A DNA stretch of 64,000 nucleotides from Candidatus Latescibacterota bacterium (GTDB taxonomy: Bacteria > Latescibacterota > UBA2968 > UBA8231): NCBI GenBank assembly GCA_965217585.1, contig OZ244561.1, forward strand, positions 5,600,001-5,664,000. Direction: 5' to 3'. Each line of letters begins with the position of its first letter. Within the stretch, counting starts at the first letter, position 1. Below the pieces are notes generated by a model. That model was not told where the DNA came from. It searched no databases and saw only the letters and a program-made list of their open reading frames with translations. The position numbers were made by a program, and so were the translations under genes. Shown one piece after another: positions 58,941 through 64,000 of this stretch.

Positions 58941-61418
58941 TTACAAGCCGCGCTTGATGCCGACGTTTATCTGTCGCCGAGGACCGACGAGGATGCCCGA
59001 ACTCAAGTGGGCTTCGGGCTGGCCGGCATTGGAGTGTAGCCTAGACCCGATGTAGATCTCGTCGAGTATATTCTTGGCCGCCACAAAAGCGCTCCAGCGC
59101 GCGGACAATTTGTAGTCGGCGCTGGCGTTGACGATGGAGTAGCTGGGGATCGGGCCGGTATCGCCGCGATTGAAGGTGCGCTCGATATTCTCGAAGTCGG
59201 TGAAGACCTCATCCACGAAACGCACATCGGCGCGCAGGCGCAGCCCCTGCTTGGTCTGCTTGACCAAGCCCACCGTCAAGGTGTGCGGCGGCGCGTAGGG
59301 CAATTCGTTGCCGGTCAGATCCACTTCGACGTTGCCGGCCATGGTGGCCGAGGTGACGATGCCGCTCTTGATCTCGGTCTGCAAATAGGTATAAGAGAGG
59401 TTGACGTCGGGTAGGATCAAAGCAAAGCGCGAGGTCGCCAAGCCCAGGGCCAATTCGAGGCCGTAGGTATCTACTTTGCCCAAATTTTTAAACGCGGTCC
59501 CGCGCCCGGCAGCGACGAGATCCTCGATCTTGAGCAGAAAAGCAGACGCTTCTAAGGTCAGCCCCGTCCCCCAGGAGCGCACGCCAGCTTCCATATTCCA
59601 GCTTTTCTCTGCCTTGAGATCCAGCCCACCGGCACCGGCGTCCTGTCCGAAGTTGGTTACTTTCAGCGTGCCGCTCGAAGGCGGCGTATAGCCCCGGTGG
59701 ACTCCGGCGAACGCGTTGAAACGTCCGAATTGATAGTTGACGCCCATACCGGGCAGTAGCACCGCAGAGACTTTGTCGGCCAAGATGGCACCGCGCAGGC
59801 GATCCACCCGATCCTGCTTGAACACCTCAAAGCGCAGACCTGGATCGAGAGTCAGCCGACCCCATTCGATCTGCTCCTTGGCGTAGAGGGCCAAAGCGGC
59901 GGTTTCGTAGTGGTGGCTCTGCCCCACGATTTGCACCGGATCGTCCGGGTCGCCTGGGGTGCCGGTATAGTACACGCCGTCGCGCGCGTCCGGAGCGTCG
60001 CCGATTTTCTTGTCGTCGATAAAGCGTTCCCAATGGGCGCGGACTCCAGCCTTGGCCTTTGCCAAATGACCGCCGAGGCTGTGTTTGAGCGCGTAGTCCT
60101 GGGCGATGCCCCCCACGTAAAAGGTCCGCAGAATGCCGAAATTGCCAGCACTGCCCCCTACCCGCACCAAGTCTCCGCTCTGGAAGTAGGGTACCGGTGT
60201 GAAAGCGCCTGTCCCCAAAGCCGAAGCGCGCACGAAAATGTCGTTTTCCCGCCACCAGCGGCGATCAAAGGCATTCAAGTAAACCGTAGTATTGCCCACT
60301 AAATTCGCCGTGATCTTGCTGGTGTACATCAGGTCGAGGGAGGTCCGCAAAACCTTGAAATTGTCGTCTTCTTTGGGATTGAATTTGGGATTGGCGTAAA
60401 AGGAGTACTCCGTCAGACCGGTGTAGGTCGCGTTGGAGTTTTCAAAATTGGCGTTGGCCTTCAGGTAGAGCACCTTTTTGCTGCTTAGGCGCCACTGTGT
60501 CTTTATGGTTCCGTTGGTTTGGTCGAAGGTGTTGTTGTCCCTGAAGCCGTCTCCGCGCTTGTAAAGCACCTGCAGATCGGAATTGATCCGCCTGTTACCC
60601 AATCCCCTCCACTCTGCAAACGCGCTGTAGTAATTGTTGCTACCCACGGTGAGCTGATTGACCAGCCCCTTGGTACCGTCGGGTCTCCGCGTCGTGTAAT
60701 TGATGACGCCCCCCATGGTCTGGGGGCCGAAGCGGATAGCCGAACTCCCCTTGATTACCTCCATCGCATCAATGCGCTCTGATGGCGGGTTGTAATAGGC
60801 GTTGGGATAGATATAGACCGCCGGCTGGATCGGCACCCCGTCTTCCATAATCAGCACCCGCGAGCTGCGGCGGGGGTTTAAGCCCCGGATGCCGATGCTC
60901 AACCGCGAATTGCCGAACCCATCGTCGGCGTAGCCGTTGATGCCGGGCACCAATTCGAGCAGTTCCTGGGTGCCAACCGGCTGGATCAGTTCCACCGTCT
61001 GTGGTCTCAGCTTGGACGCGGTCCCGGTGCGCTTTTGGTTTATCAGCGGCGATTCGCCGATAATTTCGACTGGGGACAATTGGATGGGATCGCTCAGCAG
61101 GGCGATATCCAAAACGAGCGTGGACCCAGGCGCTAGGGAAATTTCCTCGTCATGCGATTCGTAGCCGATCAAACTCACGGCAATGCGCTTTTGTCCAGGG
61201 GGCACTTGAGTGAGGAAAAAGGTCCCATCCTGCCCGGTCGTCGCCCCTTTTAGGCTTTCCCCTTCCAGTCCAATCTTGACGACAGCCCCCAAAATCGGCT
61301 GTCCCGTTTCCTGGTCGATCACTTTGCCGCTGATGTCTGCCGGAGCCAGTTCCAAGCTCAGAACAGGGCTGCTCATCGACATGCTCAACATCGTGGCCAG
61401 CCCCAAAAGCCTACGCAT
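58941..61418 (-). CDS. TonB-dependent receptor, FecA-like
   Basis: Signal peptide; N-terminal carboxypeptidase-regulatory-like domain; plug IGIRGLNPRRSSRVLIMEDGVP, EVIKG. Confidence 0.92.
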   Translation of the reverse strand: MRRLLGLATMLSMSMSSPVLSLELAPADISGKVIDQETGQPILGAVVKIGLEGESLKGATTGQDGTFFLTQVPPGQKRIAVSLIGYESHDEEISLAPGSTLVLDIALLSDPIQLSPVEIIGESPLINQKRTGTASKLRPQTVELIQPVGTQELLELVPGINGYADDGFGNSRLSIGIRGLNPRRSSRVLIMEDGVPIQPAVYIYPNAYYNPPSERIDAMEVIKGSSAIRFGPQTMGGVINYTTRRPDGTKGLVNQLTVGSNNYYSAFAEWRGLGNRRINSDLQVLYKRGDGFRDNNTFDQTNGTIKTQWRLSSKKVLYLKANANFENSNATYTGLTEYSFYANPKFNPKEDDNFKVLRTSLDLMYTSKITANLVGNTTVYLNAFDRRWWRENDIFVRASALGTGAFTPVPYFQSGDLVRVGGSAGNFGILRTFYVGGIAQDYALKHSLGGHLAKAKAGVRAHWERFIDDKKIGDAPDARDGVYYTGTPGDPDDPVQIVGQSHHYETAALALYAKEQIEWGRLTLDPGLRFEVFKQDRVDRLRGAILADKVSAVLLPGMGVNYQFGRFNAFAGVHRGYTPPSSGTLKVTNFGQDAGAGGLDLKAEKSWNMEAGVRSWGTGLTLEASAFLLKIEDLVAAGRGTAFKNLGKVDTYGLELALGLATSRFALILPDVNLSYTYLQTEIKSGIVTSATMAGNVEVDLTGNELPYAPPHTLTVGLVKQTKQGLRLRADVRFVDEVFTDFENIERTFNRGDTGPIPSYSIVNASADYKLSARWSAFVAAKNILDEIYIGSRLHSNAGQPEAHLSSGILVGPRRQINVGIKRGL

Positions 61419-61438
61419 AATCTCGATTCCCCTGCTTA

Positions 61439-61660
61439 TCAGAACAGTTCCGGATTGGATTGGCGATCTTTGACGGCCGTTTCACTGCCGGGGAAGGTGC
61501 TCAAGCCGTAACTTCCCTCTTCTTCTTCCTCGGACTGCGGCGCTAGCAAAGGGTCGCTTTCACAGCCAGCAAGCAGGCTCCAGCACAAGGCGCACAGTAA
61601 AAATGCTAGCCCGCCAGAGGCGGCTAGCGTCTTCAGTTCGAAACGCTTCTTTTTTGCCAA
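61439..61660 (-). CDS. Small putative lipoprotein
   Basis: GGAG RBS with TTG start; basic N-terminus, hydrophobic stretch, LAGC lipobox, acidic tail. Confidence 0.6.
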   Translation of the reverse strand: MAKKKRFELKTLAASGGLAFLLCALCWSLLAGCESDPLLAPQSEEEEEGSYGLSTFPGSETAVKDRQSNPELF

Positions 61661-61698
61661 AATAGACTCCGCAATGGGTATATACTGCCAACCTATTG

Positions 61699-61752
61699 TT
61701 TGATTAATAAAACTATTGGTTATCAAAATAAACTTATTTTTACTATCGTCAA
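61699..61752 (-). promoter_or_regulatory. Putative promoter and AT-rich operator of the TonB receptor operon
   Basis: TTGACG-N16-TATTTT on the minus strand; inverted repeats AAAATAA-N2-TTATTTT and TTGAT..ATCAA; only 11/19 match to the Fur consensus. Confidence 0.35.
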
Positions 61753-61978
61753 CACTTTTCTTTCGCGTACGTACTTTTCTTTTTAGCGACTAATCTTAAA
61801 AAATACATTGACTTACATCATTGATTGACCATATTCACAGATGTTTCTTATACTAAACAGTTCATTGCTTAACTAAACTTTTGTTCTTTCTCCAACCCGA
61901 TTTCGGCCGTTGGAAGCCCGTGCGCTCTCGTCAGACGCGAGCAGCCTAGCATCTTCTTGTACAGGGAAGTGAGATCGA

Positions 61979-62935
61979 GTGCAGATTGTCGTAACAGGTG
62001 CCGCAGGTTTTGTGGGATCGCATCTTTGTGAACGGCTAGCGTCCCTCAAGTACAACGTAGTTGGCGTCGATTCCTTCAGCGATCACTATCCGGTCTGGAT
62101 GAAGGAGCGCAACGCGTGCGAGCTGGCAGATGTGGGAGTACGAATCGAGCGGCTGGACTTAGCCTGCGACCGGTTGGAGGGAGTGATTGCCGATGCCGAG
62201 CTGGTATTCCACCTTGCGGCGCAACCCGGCATTGCCGCTCGCGTTCCCCCGGACGCGTACGTTCGCAACAATCTAGTCGCCACTCACGCATTACTCAAAG
62301 CGTGCGCTAGCTACAAGCGACGACCTTTCCTAGTCAACATCTCTACTTCGTCGGTATATGGACGGCGTGCCACCGCAGCGGAGACGGCCGCGCCCGCGCC
62401 CATTTCCTACTACGGCGTGACAAAGCTCGCCGCAGAGCAATTGGCCTTGGCGTACTGGCGCGAGCGCAGGTTGCCCGTGTGTTCCATGCGTCTGTTCTCT
62501 GTTTACGGCCCGCGCGAGCGCCCAGAAAAACTCTACATGAAACTGATAACCAGCATCTTGCAGGGCGAGGAATTTCCTCTATACGACGGCAGTCAACATC
62601 ACAAGCGCGCCTACACATTTGTGGACGACGCCGTAGCCGGGCTCATCGCGGTGCTCGATCATCGAGACTGTTGTGCAGGTGAAATTTTCAACATTGGATC
62701 GGATATCGAGACGACGACAAGTCGCGGGATTGAGATCGTAGAAGAGATTTTAGGCAAGAAGGCTCGCCTGAGAGTTCTTCCTCCGCGCCCCGGTGATCAG
62801 GCCCATACGCGGGCCAACATAGACAAGGCGCGAGCTATGCTCGGCTTCGCCCCCAACACCGAACTAGAGGACGGCCTCAACACCCAAATCGCATGGTGTA
62901 AGAAACTGTTGGCGGACAGGCGCAACTACGTATAG
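61979..62935 (+). CDS. NAD-dependent nucleotide-sugar epimerase/dehydratase
   Basis: TGAAGFVG, HLAAQPG, STSSVYG, YGVTK, VYGPRERP. Confidence 0.9.
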   Translation: MQIVVTGAAGFVGSHLCERLASLKYNVVGVDSFSDHYPVWMKERNACELADVGVRIERLDLACDRLEGVIADAELVFHLAAQPGIAARVPPDAYVRNNLVATHALLKACASYKRRPFLVNISTSSVYGRRATAAETAAPAPISYYGVTKLAAEQLALAYWRERRLPVCSMRLFSVYGPRERPEKLYMKLITSILQGEEFPLYDGSQHHKRAYTFVDDAVAGLIAVLDHRDCCAGEIFNIGSDIETTTSRGIEIVEEILGKKARLRVLPPRPGDQAHTRANIDKARAMLGFAPNTELEDGLNTQIAWCKKLLADRRNYV

Positions 62936-62991
62936 CCCTATCGCTATCCGCATCCCCCAGCTTCCCCAGGCATTCACCATGTGAATAGAAC

Positions 62992-63041
62992 TTGCACTTC
63001 CCGTGATAGACTGGTATGATTTTATGAATCTGAAATTCATA
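62992..63041 (+). promoter_or_regulatory. TA promoter with autoregulatory palindrome
   Basis: TTGCAC-N17-TATGAT, then TATGAAT-N5-ATTCATA. Confidence 0.65.
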
Positions 63042-63051
63042 TTGAGGTCAC

Positions 63052-63267
63052 ATGCGAATATCTGAACGAGGACAAATCACCATCCCCAAGCAACTGAGAG
63101 ACCGCTTCGGAATGAATCCCGACGTCGAGGTTGAGATCACGCCAACAGAGCACGGCCTGCTCATTCAGAAACGAACCGCGTCGAGGCATCCGGTGGAGCG
63201 CGTGTACGCCATCCTGGGCAGGAGCGGAAGCACCGACGACTACATCGAAGAGATCCGTGGGAGATGA
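63052..63267 (+). CDS. AbrB/MazE family antitoxin
   Basis: MRISERGQITIPKQLR. Confidence 0.9.
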   Translation: MRISERGQITIPKQLRDRFGMNPDVEVEITPTEHGLLIQKRTASRHPVERVYAILGRSGSTDDYIEEIRGR

Positions 63268-63659
63268 TCACCGCCGTCGACACGAGCGTCCTATTGGACG
63301 TGTTTCTCCCCGACGAGCGGCACGGCCCTCGGTCGAAGGAGTTACTGCGCAACGCCTACGACAGAGGGGCCATTCTCATCTGCGACGTGGTCTACGCGGA
63401 ACTCGTTCCGGCGTTTGATGAACGGGCCACGCTCGACGGAGCGCTGCGGGAGATCAGCGCGACGATCTCACCCATCGATACCGATATTGCTTACGAAGCC
63501 GGGCAACGCTGGTCGCGCTACCGGCAGGCCGGCGGGCCCAGAGATCGGATTATTACCGACTTTCTGATCGGAGCCCACGCGGTTGTTAAAGCCGAAACTT
63601 TTCTCACCCGGGACCGCGGCTTCTACGCGACTTACTTCCCGGAATTGCATAGAGGGTGA
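63264..63659 (+). CDS. vapC: VapC PIN-domain toxin
   Basis: ITAVDTSVLLD, YAEL, DFLIGAHA, LTRD. Confidence 0.9.
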   Translation: MITAVDTSVLLDVFLPDERHGPRSKELLRNAYDRGAILICDVVYAELVPAFDERATLDGALREISATISPIDTDIAYEAGQRWSRYRQAGGPRDRIITDFLIGAHAVVKAETFLTRDRGFYATYFPELHRG

Positions 63660-63811
63660 GGTGCTACCCACACCCACTAGTCGTTGAGCCGCACCGTAGC
63701 GCCCTGCACCTGTTCGTCCAATACCGGCCCTCCTGCCATCCGCGTTTGGATAAATAGAGCATATTATTACCTTACTGATTGTCAGTCCCCTCCACATCAA
63801 GGAGGTCCACC

Positions 63812-64000
63812 GTGAAGCCGCTCCTCACTCTCCTCACAGTGGCACTCTTCTTCCGCGCTGCACATTCGCAAGAATCCCCCCCCATGGTGGTGCACGAATG
63901 GGGCACCTTTACATCCCTGCAGGACGAGTCCGGCCAGGCCATCAGCGGCCTAAATACCGACGACGAGCCCGTGCCGGATTTCGTGCATACCACCCTGGAT
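63812..64000 (+). CDS. Secreted hypothetical protein with HEWGTFTS motif (partial, runs off window)
   Basis: AAGGAGG RBS, GTG start, signal peptide MKPLLTLLTVALFFRAAHS, then VVHEWGTFTSLQDESG; absent from the ORF track. Confidence 0.7.
   Translation, partial: MKPLLTLLTVALFFRAAHSQESPPMVVHEWGTFTSLQDESGQAISGLNTDDEPVPDFVHTTLD

Noticed and set aside
61699-61725. Definite Fur box
   Set aside because: Only 11/19 match in an AT-rich region; kept as a low-confidence regulatory site

Overview
GC-rich bacterial chromosomal window. A C-terminal YPNPFN/FlgD-type sorting domain, a TonB receptor, and many enolase-family, PhyH, Gfo/Idh/MocA and sulfatase genes suggest an uncultured FCB-group organism such as Latescibacterota; this is inference only. 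Metabolic blocks are: sugar-acid catabolism, a selenocysteine NAD-dependent formate dehydrogenase (in-frame UGA plus SECIS), hom-apgM-asd, a GH5 glycanase, and a FecA-like TonB receptor/DUF4856 cluster next to glycosylation-type genes. These alternate with defence and toxin-antitoxin cargo: a complete type I R-M locus carrying YhcG, vapBC and an AlbA_2/Schlafen gene; a 1723-aa exonuclease-RecQ-UvrD fusion; an ABC-ATPase/TOPRIM-like pair; and several TA modules. The most novel-looking element is an AT-rich XRE + ImmA/IrrE switch divergent from a yjzC-like gene and an 86-aa unknown gene, with visible palindromic operators, a decayed duplicate unit and an internal terminator. A second striking pattern is about ten short gene stubs (hsdM/hsdS ends, toxin 5' ends, duplicated gene starts) flanking intact cargo genes, with no transposase or integrase in the window. 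No rRNA, tRNA or CRISPR array was seen. All family calls come from motif recognition by eye, not database searches.
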